The notes under the pieces were generated by a model. That model saw nothing but the letters and a program-made list of their open reading frames with translations. It made no database searches and was not told where the DNA came from. Shown here piece after piece: positions 1 through 8,398 of a stretch of DNA of 20,642 nucleotides. Each line of letters opens with the position of its first letter. Within the stretch, counting starts at the first letter, position 1. The stretch lies in the NCBI GenBank assembly GCA_039200855.1, contig JBCCRZ010000029.1, positions 1 to 20,642 of the forward strand, written 5' to 3'. The position numbers and the translations under genes are program-made. This stretch comes from Cyanobacteria bacterium P01_D01_bin.44. Its GTDB lineage: Bacteria; Cyanobacteriota; Cyanobacteriia; Phormidesmidales; Phormidesmidaceae.

Positions 1-19
1 TAAATTGGAGTATTTTACA

Positions 20-646
20 ATGGCCAAATTCTCCAAACGCGAGGGAAAGATTGGTGTGCTCATTGAGGAGCATTTTGATGAAACGGAATTTCGCAGGTTC
101 AACGAGTTCTTTCCTAAAAATGGATATGAGCTAGAGTATATTTCTCATCTCTGGAGCCAGGATAGTTTAACCTTTAACGGAAATGACCTCACAGAAGAAG
201 TCACTGTTACTACAGAGCTTGACCACGTAGACCCTGCGGATTATGAAGGCATCATTTTAATTGGTGCATATGCCATGGATCGGCTTCGCTATGAGGAAGC
301 GCCTCAGGAAGGAGAACCTAATCAGTCTTCTGCCGTCAAATTCCTACGGAAAGCGGTCGAAGCGATGGATAGTGGTGATCTAAAAATCGGGACTATCTGC
401 CATAGCCTTTGGTTATTTTGCGCTGCACCAGATTTACTCAGACAGCGCAAAATAACCTGTGCCCACAATATTATATGCGATGTACGCAACGCGGGTGGTG
501 TTGTTGTATATGACGGCGATAGCACTAAGGAGATCAATATTGATGGGGGACTGATTACGGCCAAGCATCCCAATGTAGTCGATGAGTTTATGAAGGTTTT
601 CTTGAAGGCAATTCGACAGCAAAATCCAGTCGTGTCTGTTAAATGA
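20..646 (+). CDS. DJ-1/PfpI family protein (class I glutamine amidotransferase-like fold)
   Basis: ORF track 5..646. I start it at ATG 20 because GGAG (7-10) lies 9 nt upstream and the TTG at 5 overlaps that SD. The protein has the PfpI-type nucleophile elbow KIGTICHSLWLF (Cys-His) and an N-terminal KIGVLIEE strand typical of the family. Confidence 0.8.
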   Translation: MAKFSKREGKIGVLIEEHFDETEFRRFNEFFPKNGYELEYISHLWSQDSLTFNGNDLTEEVTVTTELDHVDPADYEGIILIGAYAMDRLRYEEAPQEGEPNQSSAVKFLRKAVEAMDSGDLKIGTICHSLWLFCAAPDLLRQRKITCAHNIICDVRNAGGVVVYDGDSTKEINIDGGLITAKHPNVVDEFMKVFLKAIRQQNPVVSVK

Positions 647-713
647 GTAATAGTCATTAACCAAGAAAGAAAGAAAGAACTGCTCACCAGTTGACACTTT
701 ACAATAAAGAAAA

Positions 714-2831
714 ATGATCGCTACAATACCCAGCTACACGGAACCCTCAACAGCAGTATACGCCTCAAAGGCGGGACGAACCCATCCTTTAGGCTCTACG
801 CCCGACGCTAATGGCGTAAATTTTTCAGTCTTTTCAGAGCAAGCAACATCTGTCCAGCTTTTGTTGTTTGAGAGCCATGATGCACCGCAGCCCAGCCAGA
901 TTATTGAGCTAGATCCCAAAGTCAATAAAACCTTCCATTTCTGGCATGTCTATGTCCAAGGACTGAAACCTGGAGCCCACTATGCCTATCGGGTGGATGG
1001 TCCCAGCAATTTGCATGGAGCAGGCAACAGGTTCAACAAGAATAAAGTGTTGATTGATCCTTATGCCAAAAGCAACGCAACCACCTGCTGGCAGAGAATG
1101 GATGCCCTGGGTCATCACGACAATGTCACCACCTCAATGCGCAGTGTAGTCATTGATATATCGGATTATGACTGGGAAGGGGATCGTCCCCTTAATCGAC
1201 CCATGAGTGAAACAATTATTTACGAGATGCATGTCGGTGGATTTACCAAGTCACCGACATCAGGATGTCGACATCCCGGTACGTTCTCTGCAGTTATTGA
1301 AAAGATTCCTTACCTAAAGGAGCTGGGTGTTACTGCCATTGAGCTGCTGCCGATATTTGATTTCGATGAAACTGAAGTACTGCGGGACGTTGATGGTGAA
1401 CCCTTAAAAGACTATTGGGGGTATAACCCGCATAGCTTCTTCGCACTTGATAATTCTTACTGTTCTTCAGCGGGTGGAAAAGAGCATATCCAAGAATTTC
1501 GAGATATGGTCAAAGCGCTTCATAAGGCTGGAATCGAAGTCATTTTAGACGTTGTTTTTAATCATACAGGTGAAGGTAACCATCAAGGCCCAATGATTAG
1601 CCTTAAGGGTTTCAACAACAGTGCCTACTATCATCTTGTGCCATTTGATCGACAATATTACATGGACTACTCAGGGTGTGGTAATACAGTCAACTGCAAT
1701 CACCCGATTGTAGAGAAGATGATTGTGGAATGTTTAGAATACTGGGTTCAGGAGATGCACGTCGATGGGTTTCGATTTGATGAAGGCTCTATTTTGTCTC
1801 GTGGACAAGACGGCACGCCTCTAGCTGACCCACCGGTCGTGTGGCATATTGAAACCTCCGGTACATTAGCCGAAACTAAGATTATTGCTGAAGCCTGGGA
1901 TGCAGCTGGGCTTTATCAAATCGGCTATTTCCCCGGATACCGTTGGGCTGAATGGAATGGTCGGTTTCGAGATGATATTCGTGGATTTGTCAAAGGGGAT
2001 CCTGGGCTAGTGGGTGCAGTCTCCTCACGCATGGCTGGCAGTGCAGACCTCTATCAATCAACCGGACATTTGCCGATTAATAGCATCAACTTTGTCACTT
2101 GCCATGATGGTTTTACGCTCAACGATCTCGTCTCTTACAATCAGAAGCACAATGAGGCCAATGGGGAAAATAATCAGGATGGCATTAGTGACAATCTGAG
2201 TTGGAATTGCGGCTTTGAAGGAGAGACAGAAGATATAGAGGTCGAGAAGCTACGCCGCAAGCAAATTAAAAATTTTGCAGCCATCCTCCTACTATCTCAG
2301 GGGACTCCGATGATTGTCGCTGGTGACGAAGTCAGACGCACCCAGAGAGGTAACAATAACGCCTATTGCCAGGATAATGAGATTAATTGGTTTGACTGGA
2401 GTCTTGTCGAGAAAAACACTAACATATTCAGATTTTTTAAGATGATGACTGGGTTCAGGATGTCCTATTGCAAAGATTCTTTTCGTCGGACGCATTTCTT
2501 CGAGGGCAATGTAAATGAGCGAGGGCTTGCAGATATTTCCTGGCACGGGACTCAGTTGTTCAGCCCTGGTTGGGATGACCCCACTGCCAGAGCGCTTGCT
2601 TTTACCATTGGCGGATTTGCAGGCGCGTCAGATGTTCACGTCATGCTGAATATGCATTGGGAAGATCAAACCTTTGAAATTCCAACGCTTCCAGGTAGGG
2701 CCTGGTACAAGGCTGTTGACACTGCTGAATCTTCTCCAAGGGATATTGTGGAAATGGGACAAGAAATCTTGGTTCCTGGCAATACCTGTCTTGTTCAGAA
2801 TCGCAGCATTGCTGTTCTCATTTCCCGATAA
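714..2831 (+). CDS. glgX: Glycogen debranching enzyme GlgX (GH13 isoamylase-type)
   Basis: 705-aa ORF. The four GH13 conserved regions are readable: VILDVVFNHT (I), DGFRFDEGS (II), IAEAWD (III), FVTCHDGFTLND (IV). The N-terminus is CBM48-like (GVNFSVFSEQATSVQLLLF). Length and motif set are typical of GlgX. Confidence 0.9.
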   Translation: MIATIPSYTEPSTAVYASKAGRTHPLGSTPDANGVNFSVFSEQATSVQLLLFESHDAPQPSQIIELDPKVNKTFHFWHVYVQGLKPGAHYAYRVDGPSNLHGAGNRFNKNKVLIDPYAKSNATTCWQRMDALGHHDNVTTSMRSVVIDISDYDWEGDRPLNRPMSETIIYEMHVGGFTKSPTSGCRHPGTFSAVIEKIPYLKELGVTAIELLPIFDFDETEVLRDVDGEPLKDYWGYNPHSFFALDNSYCSSAGGKEHIQEFRDMVKALHKAGIEVILDVVFNHTGEGNHQGPMISLKGFNNSAYYHLVPFDRQYYMDYSGCGNTVNCNHPIVEKMIVECLEYWVQEMHVDGFRFDEGSILSRGQDGTPLADPPVVWHIETSGTLAETKIIAEAWDAAGLYQIGYFPGYRWAEWNGRFRDDIRGFVKGDPGLVGAVSSRMAGSADLYQSTGHLPINSINFVTCHDGFTLNDLVSYNQKHNEANGENNQDGISDNLSWNCGFEGETEDIEVEKLRRKQIKNFAAILLLSQGTPMIVAGDEVRRTQRGNNNAYCQDNEINWFDWSLVEKNTNIFRFFKMMTGFRMSYCKDSFRRTHFFEGNVNERGLADISWHGTQLFSPGWDDPTARALAFTIGGFAGASDVHVMLNMHWEDQTFEIPTLPGRAWYKAVDTAESSPRDIVEMGQEILVPGNTCLVQNRSIAVLISR

Positions 2832-2888
2832 CATTCAGATTTCTAGAGTTTTCTAGAACATTATTTTCTATCTTTGCGGAGAGATTCA

Positions 2889-5051
2889 ATGAATAGCATA
2901 GATTTTTCTTTCTCGGATATGGTTGCCGGGTATGTCACCGACTTTAAGCTAGATGGTGGGCAATCTGGAACTTTCTCACTCAGTACATCGGATGGGCGCG
3001 AGTTTGAGATTGCGTTAACCGCCTCAACCTATGCTGAGTTGGTTCGTAACTTAGGAGAGCCTTATCAAGACTGCACTGCTCAGATTCATTCAATGCTGAC
3101 CCCTGGCCGATATCTTTTTGCTTACGGTATTTTCTATCCTGACACCCAACCATTAGGCTTTGAAGCTAAGCATATCGATTTTGTGGGTCGAACAGAAAGT
3201 GAATACCTTTTCGAGAAGCCAGACTGGTGGCTTAATCAGATTAAGGGGCTGGCCAATTTTTATCTCAAATCACAGTTTGAAGAGGGTGAGATTGATTATC
3301 GAAAATACCGCACGGGATTGGGACTAGTGGGGGCAAAAAATAAGAGTAGTCGGCAAGAGACCGATACTATTTCACGCTTAGTATATGGCTTTGCGACGGC
3401 CTATATGATGACCGGAGAAGATCTTTACTTGGAAGCCGCCGAAAAAGGGACTGAGTATCTTCGTAAACATATGCGCTTTCTAGACGAAGGAGAGGAGATT
3501 TGCTATTGGTACCATGGAATTGATGTAAAGCCAGATGGTAGTGAACAGAAAATATTCTCTTCCGAGTTTGGAGATGACTACGATGCTATTCCTGCTTACG
3601 AGCAGATCTATGCATTAGCTGGACTCACACAAACTTATCGAATTACAGGTGCTCCGAGCATTCTAAATGACATTAAGCTGACGATTAATCTGTTTAATCG
3701 TTATTTCCTGGATACGTCAGAAAAAGGAGGCTTTTTCTCTCATATTGATCCCATTACGCTCAGCCCTGATTGCGAATCATTGGGGCAAAATCGTCTCAAG
3801 AAGAATTGGAATTCTGTTGGCGATCACGCTCCGGCTTATCTAATTAATCTCTGGCTAGCGACTGGCAAGGAAGAGTATGCTGACTTTCTTGAACATACGT
3901 TTGACACGATTGAAAAGTACTTTCCAGACTATGAACATAGTCCCTTCGTTCAGGAACGCTTTTACGAAGATTGGGGCCACGATACAACTTTAGGATGGCA
4001 ACAGAATAGAGCAGTGGTAGGGCATAATCTTAAAATTGCCTGGAACCTAATCCGGATGAATCATTTAAGGCCTAAGGAAAAGTATGTTGCCCTGGCGGAA
4101 AAAATTGCTAAACTTATGCCTGAGGTGGGTTTAGACCGGCAGAGAGGTGGATGGTACGATGTTGTAGAGCGGGTTCTAGAACCCGGCCAGCAGCAACACC
4201 GGTTAGTCTGGCATGATCGAAAGGCATGGTGGCAGCAAGAACAGGGGATCCTGGCTTATCTGATTTTGGCCGGTTCTCTAGATAAGCCCGAGTATAGAAA
4301 GTTGGCACGTGAATCAGCTGCTTTCTACAACGCCTGGTTCCTGGACTATGAGGCAGGGGGGGTTTACTTCAACGTCTTAGCTAACGGAATCCCTTATTTA
4401 TTAGGCACTGAGCGGGGTAAGGGGAGTCACTCTATGAGTGGCTACCACTCCTTTGAACTGGCTTACCTGGCTACGGTTTATACCAATCTGATGCTAACTC
4501 ACAAACCAATGGATCTGTACTTTAACCCACAGCCTGGGGGCTTCGAAGACAATATTCTGAGAGTGCAGCCAGATATTCTTCCGCCCGATAGCGTTCGAAT
4601 TTCTGAGGTATGGATCAATGGTCAACCATACTCTAATTTTGACGCTGACGGCTTAGCGATCAAGCTACCGTCAACTCAAGACAAGATCAAGGTTAGGGTT
4701 CGTATTGTTCCAACCCAAGTCTCTTTCAGTGCGACCTTATTAGACGTGACGAATGGAACTGCCAAGATGTCTTTAGTGGGCTTGTTAGATACCCATGCTG
4801 TTCAGGTTTTTGAAGAAGAGCTGACAAAGATCAAAGGGCAATCGGTCAAGCGCCTCATCTTGCTATTAGATGGTTTACAATGTGTATCTGGAGCAGGTTT
4901 GCGAGCGCTAGCATTTGCCACTCAGAAGATGGATTCTGGCATAGAGGTTCATGTGCAAGGCGCTTCAGAACAAGTTGTAGCTAGCTTTCAGAAAAGCGGT
5001 TTTCACAGAGCTGTGAAGATATTAGAGAAGAGTGAACCCCTTAAGGTTTGA
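2889..5051 (+). CDS. AGE-superfamily (N-acylglucosamine 2-epimerase-like, alpha/alpha-6 barrel) protein with C-terminal STAS domain
   Basis: ORF track 2874..5051 (TTG). ATG 2889 is preferred because GGAGAG (2879-2884) lies 4 nt upstream. The central ~400 aa show AGE/cellobiose-epimerase-like repeating helical motifs (RLVYGFATAY, YEQIYALAGLTQTY, NSVGDHAPAYLINLWLAT, VVGHNLKIAWNL, WWQQEQGILAYL, GYHSFELAYL). The last ~110 aa (nt ~4713-5048) read as a SpoIIAA-like STAS domain (LVGLLDTHAVQVFEEEL...KRLILLLDGLQCVSGAGLRALAFA...IEVHVQGASEQVVASFQKSGFHRAVKI). Confidence 0.7.
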   Translation: MNSIDFSFSDMVAGYVTDFKLDGGQSGTFSLSTSDGREFEIALTASTYAELVRNLGEPYQDCTAQIHSMLTPGRYLFAYGIFYPDTQPLGFEAKHIDFVGRTESEYLFEKPDWWLNQIKGLANFYLKSQFEEGEIDYRKYRTGLGLVGAKNKSSRQETDTISRLVYGFATAYMMTGEDLYLEAAEKGTEYLRKHMRFLDEGEEICYWYHGIDVKPDGSEQKIFSSEFGDDYDAIPAYEQIYALAGLTQTYRITGAPSILNDIKLTINLFNRYFLDTSEKGGFFSHIDPITLSPDCESLGQNRLKKNWNSVGDHAPAYLINLWLATGKEEYADFLEHTFDTIEKYFPDYEHSPFVQERFYEDWGHDTTLGWQQNRAVVGHNLKIAWNLIRMNHLRPKEKYVALAEKIAKLMPEVGLDRQRGGWYDVVERVLEPGQQQHRLVWHDRKAWWQQEQGILAYLILAGSLDKPEYRKLARESAAFYNAWFLDYEAGGVYFNVLANGIPYLLGTERGKGSHSMSGYHSFELAYLATVYTNLMLTHKPMDLYFNPQPGGFEDNILRVQPDILPPDSVRISEVWINGQPYSNFDADGLAIKLPSTQDKIKVRVRIVPTQVSFSATLLDVTNGTAKMSLVGLLDTHAVQVFEEELTKIKGQSVKRLILLLDGLQCVSGAGLRALAFATQKMDSGIEVHVQGASEQVVASFQKSGFHRAVKILEKSEPLKV

Positions 5052-5308
5052 AACTCAAGTGTTCTTTTCTTCATCCAATATCGTTGAAACACGAGCCCAA
5101 ACTCCGACCAATCTCGCCTGTTTATAAAGCGGGTCCGGAGTATGGCCATCAAGTAGCCGAGGACTGGGGATTAATCTTGAGAAAGAGCATCTGACTATGC
5201 CAGTGGCTAAACCAGATGGTAAGTAGGCACAGGATATTGCTGCACCTGCATACTGAGCCCTGAGAGTTCGAAGCAGTTGATAGTTTGCATCAGTAAATGG
5301 AGTTTGAT

Positions 5309-5875
5309 ATGGGAAAGCAAAGTAACTACTACCAGGGGTTATCGGCTGATTACTCAAGAGCAGGTCTGGTCTCTGGAGATTTGCAGAAAAAGCTGATCAA
5401 AGATGCGGAGGCGTATATCAAGCTTCAGGAGAGCAAGCTTCCTGACATTGGTTCTAAATATAGCCTGAAGCAGATTGAGAAAGAGAATGTAGATTGGTGG
5501 CCTGTCCACTGTGAAGCTCTAAGGCAGGGGAGAGGCGATCTTTTAGCGGGTGAATATACGGATGACTTGACCTATTTTTGTCAAGATGGCCCTTTTTACG
5601 GGAAGACAGCTGGAACTAAACGAGAAGCTAACTGGTGGGCCATTATTGCCCAGCCAGAGGTGACGATGGTTTGGCCTATCGTGATGTTTAAGGGTGAGGT
5701 TGTTTACTTTGAGTGGAAATGCCTCGATGATGAGACCAATGAAACAATTGCTAAAGGGAACGTGACTTATCTTCGTCGTGGCCATCGAGGAGGATGCTAT
5801 CTCAAAACAGAACAGCTCACTTTCTATCGCGATGTCTTCGCATCAGAATCATTGATGAATTTGATCACGACTTAA
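5309..5875 (+). CDS. Hypothetical protein, probable NTF2-like/SnoaL-like fold
   Basis: ORF track 5297..5875. ATG 5309 has GGAG (5299-5302) 6 nt upstream. The C-terminal ~120 aa (LLAGEYTDDLTYFCQDGPFYGK...GEVVYFEWKCLDDETNETIAKGNVTYL...TEQLTFY) resemble the cone-shaped alpha+beta NTF2-like pattern. The fold call is tentative. The gene sits 15 nt upstream of the next gene. Confidence 0.55.
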   Translation: MGKQSNYYQGLSADYSRAGLVSGDLQKKLIKDAEAYIKLQESKLPDIGSKYSLKQIEKENVDWWPVHCEALRQGRGDLLAGEYTDDLTYFCQDGPFYGKTAGTKREANWWAIIAQPEVTMVWPIVMFKGEVVYFEWKCLDDETNETIAKGNVTYLRRGHRGGCYLKTEQLTFYRDVFASESLMNLITT

Positions 5876-5890
5876 TTAGGAGAAAGTATT

Positions 5891-6586
5891 ATGAAAACAA
5901 TGGTTTTGGACAGTTTGGAAACAACTTTTTCTGATCTTGCAACCTGGTATGCGGATGAGGTTCGAGAAAGCTCTGGTCTGGCAGTAAAGCAGCGAGCTTT
6001 CATGTCTATTGCTTGTGATGTCTGCGACCAGAGATTATCTGGTCCGCTGGAGTTTCATATCAAGATGGCCTTGGATCATGGTGCCACCCGTCAGGATGTA
6101 AAAGAGGCCATCTTGCATATGGGGGTTTATGGAGCCTATCCAAAGTGTTTTGAGACAATTGCCAGGTTAAAGGAAGTCTACGCCGAATTTGACAAAGAAG
6201 GTTTGTATCTTACGGGTAATAAGGTTTCACATCCAGAACCAGATATCAATTGGGTATTGGATACCAGCGTTAAAGATGGCCTAATTGCATTTGAACCTCA
6301 GTACGGTGATCTTTCGTCTCGAATGGCGGGTGAAGTTTGGGGGCGTCCAGGCTTAACCCCGATGGAGCGAGTTTATATCTCAATGGCAGGTGATGTGAGT
6401 CAGCAGACGTTGAGCGCAGATGGCCCTTTCCCCTTTCATGTATCCTTGTGTCTTGAAAACGGAATGACTCGCGCTCAGGTTCGAGAGATGCTGATGTATC
6501 TTACGATTGATGCAGGCTTCTCTAGAGTTTGGAATGCCTTTGAGGCTCTCAATGCTCACTTTGCTAGACTGGATGCCCAGCTTTAG
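5891..6586 (+). CDS. Carboxymuconolactone decarboxylase (CMD/AhpD-like) family protein, two tandem CMD domains
   Basis: Strong SD AGGAG 8 nt upstream. Domain 1: KQRAFMSIACDVCDQ...FHIKMALDHGATRQDVKEAILHMGVYGAYPKCFE. Domain 2: LTPMERVYISMAGDVSQQ...FHVSLCLENGMTRAQVREMLMYLTIDAGFSRVWNAF. Both fit the CMD H...AL..G.t..ev.E......Y.G.P pattern. Confidence 0.8.
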   Translation: MKTMVLDSLETTFSDLATWYADEVRESSGLAVKQRAFMSIACDVCDQRLSGPLEFHIKMALDHGATRQDVKEAILHMGVYGAYPKCFETIARLKEVYAEFDKEGLYLTGNKVSHPEPDINWVLDTSVKDGLIAFEPQYGDLSSRMAGEVWGRPGLTPMERVYISMAGDVSQQTLSADGPFPFHVSLCLENGMTRAQVREMLMYLTIDAGFSRVWNAFEALNAHFARLDAQL

Positions 6587-6661
6587 AGGTGTCTGTTTCT
6601 CAAGGTATTTTGGTTCGCTTTGTACTTATTGTTGTTACTCGGAGGATCGTCTGCTCATAGG

Positions 6662-6690
6662 TTGACAAACAAATTGTCTAACAATATGAA
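6662..6690 (+). promoter_or_regulatory. Possible internal sigma70-type promoter TTGACA-N17-TATGAA with overlapping GACAA-N5-TTGTC inverted repeat
   Basis: TTGACA at 6662-6667, a 17-nt spacer, then TATGAA at 6685-6690, 18 nt before ATG 6708. This lies in the only sizeable gap (~120 nt) of the four-gene operon. GACAA (6664-6668) and TTGTC (6674-6678) form a short dyad. Support is a sequence match only. Confidence 0.25.
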
Positions 6691-6707
6691 TTAGACGATA
6701 AGTGTTG

Positions 6708-7820
6708 ATGCTAGAGAACACTTTGATCATTGATGGCGCAGTACATGCTTTTGACTTTTCAGCCGAGAATCGTGTTGAGACATTTCCTGTAGAGAAGTTC
6801 GGAGATGTTCAAACCTTTTGGCACGAGGTAATTCATTCTGCACTCGAGTCTCCAGAGCCGGGCTACTTACAAACTCGAGAAGAGTTTACGAGACCTTGGA
6901 ATGCAGAAGATCTGGCTCATGCTTTATTTGTCGAATCTAGTGTAGATATAGCCGTTGCGCACAGTGTTCAAATTTCGGCAGTGCTTCAAAATGGACCTAG
7001 CCCTTGGGATTCGCATATTAAACTTAAAGAGTTAGCGCCTGATCGAGTACTCTTGTATGGCGAAGTAGACACCTTTAGTGATGACATAAGTGCAGTCTTC
7101 GACCATATGGCCAAAAGAGTGAGTGAAGGTGCCGTTGGCTTTAAGTTTTATCCTTCAAATGGAATGTTTGATGTCGAATCTAACAAAATGGTTGCCATGC
7201 GATACGACGATCCCGAGATTGCATACCCATTCTTTGAAAAAGCACAATCACTTGGCATAAAGCATGTTGCCTTTCATAAAGCGCAGCCAGTTGGGCAAGG
7301 TCCGAGTGATATTGTCGACGTGCAAGATATTTCGACCGCGGCAGCGATGTTCCCCGATATGACTTTTGAAGTTGTCCATAGCGGATGGGCTTTTTTGGAG
7401 GATTCAGCTCTCCAAATGCAGATGCATCCTAACGTCTACGCTAACTTAGAATCGACCATGGGCTTGGTTGTACGTCAGCCTCGCCGCTTCGCTCATATTA
7501 TTGGAACTCTACTCCAATACGGACAAGCAGATAAAATACTTTTTAGTTCGGGCTGTGTTTTAAATCATCCTGAGCCCATCATCAAGGCATTCATGGCATT
7601 CGAAATGCCAGAAGATTTGCGTGAAGGGTATGGGTATCCGGCATTAACGCTGGATATCAAGAAGAAAGTTCTCGGTGAAAACATGGCTAAACTCCATGGG
7701 CTAGATGTAGATGCCATCAAAGCACGTATCAAGGACGATAAGTGGAGCCGCCTACGAGCAAAAGGTAACGCTAACCCATGGAGTGTCCATCGTGGTCGAA
7801 AAAGTCTGGCAGCCGTTTAA
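6708..7820 (+). CDS. Amidohydrolase-2 (PF04909-like TIM-barrel metal-dependent hydrolase/decarboxylase) family protein, divergent
   Basis: ORF track 6702..7820 (GTG); ATG is at 6708. Strand-end motifs are in family order: IIDGAVHAFDF, GAVGFKFYP, IKHVAFHKAQP, FEVVHSGWAF, NVYANLES, KILFSSGCV. Confidence 0.7.
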   Translation: MLENTLIIDGAVHAFDFSAENRVETFPVEKFGDVQTFWHEVIHSALESPEPGYLQTREEFTRPWNAEDLAHALFVESSVDIAVAHSVQISAVLQNGPSPWDSHIKLKELAPDRVLLYGEVDTFSDDISAVFDHMAKRVSEGAVGFKFYPSNGMFDVESNKMVAMRYDDPEIAYPFFEKAQSLGIKHVAFHKAQPVGQGPSDIVDVQDISTAAAMFPDMTFEVVHSGWAFLEDSALQMQMHPNVYANLESTMGLVVRQPRRFAHIIGTLLQYGQADKILFSSGCVLNHPEPIIKAFMAFEMPEDLREGYGYPALTLDIKKKVLGENMAKLHGLDVDAIKARIKDDKWSRLRAKGNANPWSVHRGRKSLAAV

Positions 7821-7855
7821 CTCAGTCATCGCTTTAACAAGTAGGACGCGAAATT

Positions 7856-8239
7856 ATGAACACGCTATTTAGTACTGAAGAAAGTGTTGTTAGTTGGATA
7901 AAATCTCAGGTCAATGAAGTCTGCGACCCCTGTGGATTAGCCCAGGGACTCTCAATCGGCATGGTTGATATGGGGCTCATTCGAGATATTCTGATTCAGC
8001 CTGCGGACGCTGGCTGGGATGTTGCCCTAGCCATTCGGTTCACTTCTGCAGGTTGTTTTTACTTTCCATACTTTGAGCGAGAAATTCGTGCTCGGATAGA
8101 GACCCATCAGCAAATTGAATCTCTCGATATCAAGTGGGATAATGTGATTGATTGGACGCCAGACGATCTGAGTGACGCAGCTAAATCTAAGTTTAAGGAG
8201 CATAACAGCCTGTTGGCCTCAGCTGTTTCACAGCAATAG
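7856..8239 (+). CDS. DUF59/MIP18-like (PaaD/SufT-type metal-sulfur cluster assembly factor-like) protein
   Basis: 127-aa ORF 35 nt after the amidohydrolase gene, with an AGGA SD. The pattern VNEVCDPCGL...IGMVDMGLIRDILIQ...VALAIRFTSAGCFYFPYFEREIRARI matches the DUF59 layout (DP.., lGlv, t..gC.). Confidence 0.65.
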   Translation: MNTLFSTEESVVSWIKSQVNEVCDPCGLAQGLSIGMVDMGLIRDILIQPADAGWDVALAIRFTSAGCFYFPYFEREIRARIETHQQIESLDIKWDNVIDWTPDDLSDAAKSKFKEHNSLLASAVSQQ

Positions 8240-8351
8240 CAACCGTCAAAAGCATGGCTAAGTAGGTCAGTTCAATCAAATGTGTTCAACTCTGTGCTCA
8301 CTAGCGAAGTCATCCCCGAAGAGCCTTAGGGGCATCCGGGGTTGACCTCCC

Positions 8352-8398
8352 CCCCAGAGCCCTACGCCTTGGCATATGCCCGTAGGGCTTTAGAGGGG
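8352..8398. repeat. GC-rich imperfect palindrome / hairpin module (possible dispersed-repeat or small-RNA element)
   Basis: AGCCCTACG (8358-8366) pairs perfectly with CGTAGGGCT (8381-8389) around a loop that contains the perfect palindrome GGCATATGCC (8371-8380). CCCC (8352-8355) and GGGG (8395-8398) can extend the stem across an AGA bulge. It is flanked by further C4/G4 blocks (8314-8350). Confidence 0.4.

Noticed and set aside
691-696. Consensus TTGACA upstream of glgX as a -35 box
   Set aside because: No acceptable -10 hexamer lies at 16-19 nt; the position falls on the ATG itself. It cannot be supported as a promoter.
322-2856. Antisense or out-of-frame short ORFs inside the DJ-1/PfpI and glgX genes (322-687, 434-697, 734-925, 909-1118, 2014-2199, 2292-2546, 2628-2834, 2674-2856)
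   Set aside because: All are embedded in strongly supported genes, and none has recognisable motifs or an SD.
2841-2858. TTCTAG-agtttt-CTAGAA hairpin after the glgX stop as a terminator
   Set aside because: The stem is only 6 AT-rich base pairs built from two XbaI-type palindromes, so it would be very weak. The next gene starts 31 nt later with its own SD, so read-through/operon organisation is equally likely.
5055-5357. 100-aa minus-strand ORF filling the gap between the AGE-STAS gene and the NTF2-like gene
   Set aside because: It starts at TTG with no SD and has no internal Met. It overlaps the start of the plus-strand gene by ~50-60 nt and lies 3 nt from the convergent stop. It has no recognisable motif and is probably a chance ORF in an intergenic region.
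8314-8356. tRNA-like look of GGGGTTGACCTCCCC (T-arm-like) and CCCCgaagagccttaGGGG
   Set aside because: The loop sizes are wrong: 11 nt where a 7-nt anticodon loop is needed. There is no T-loop TTCRANY consensus, no complementary acceptor stem, and no D-arm.
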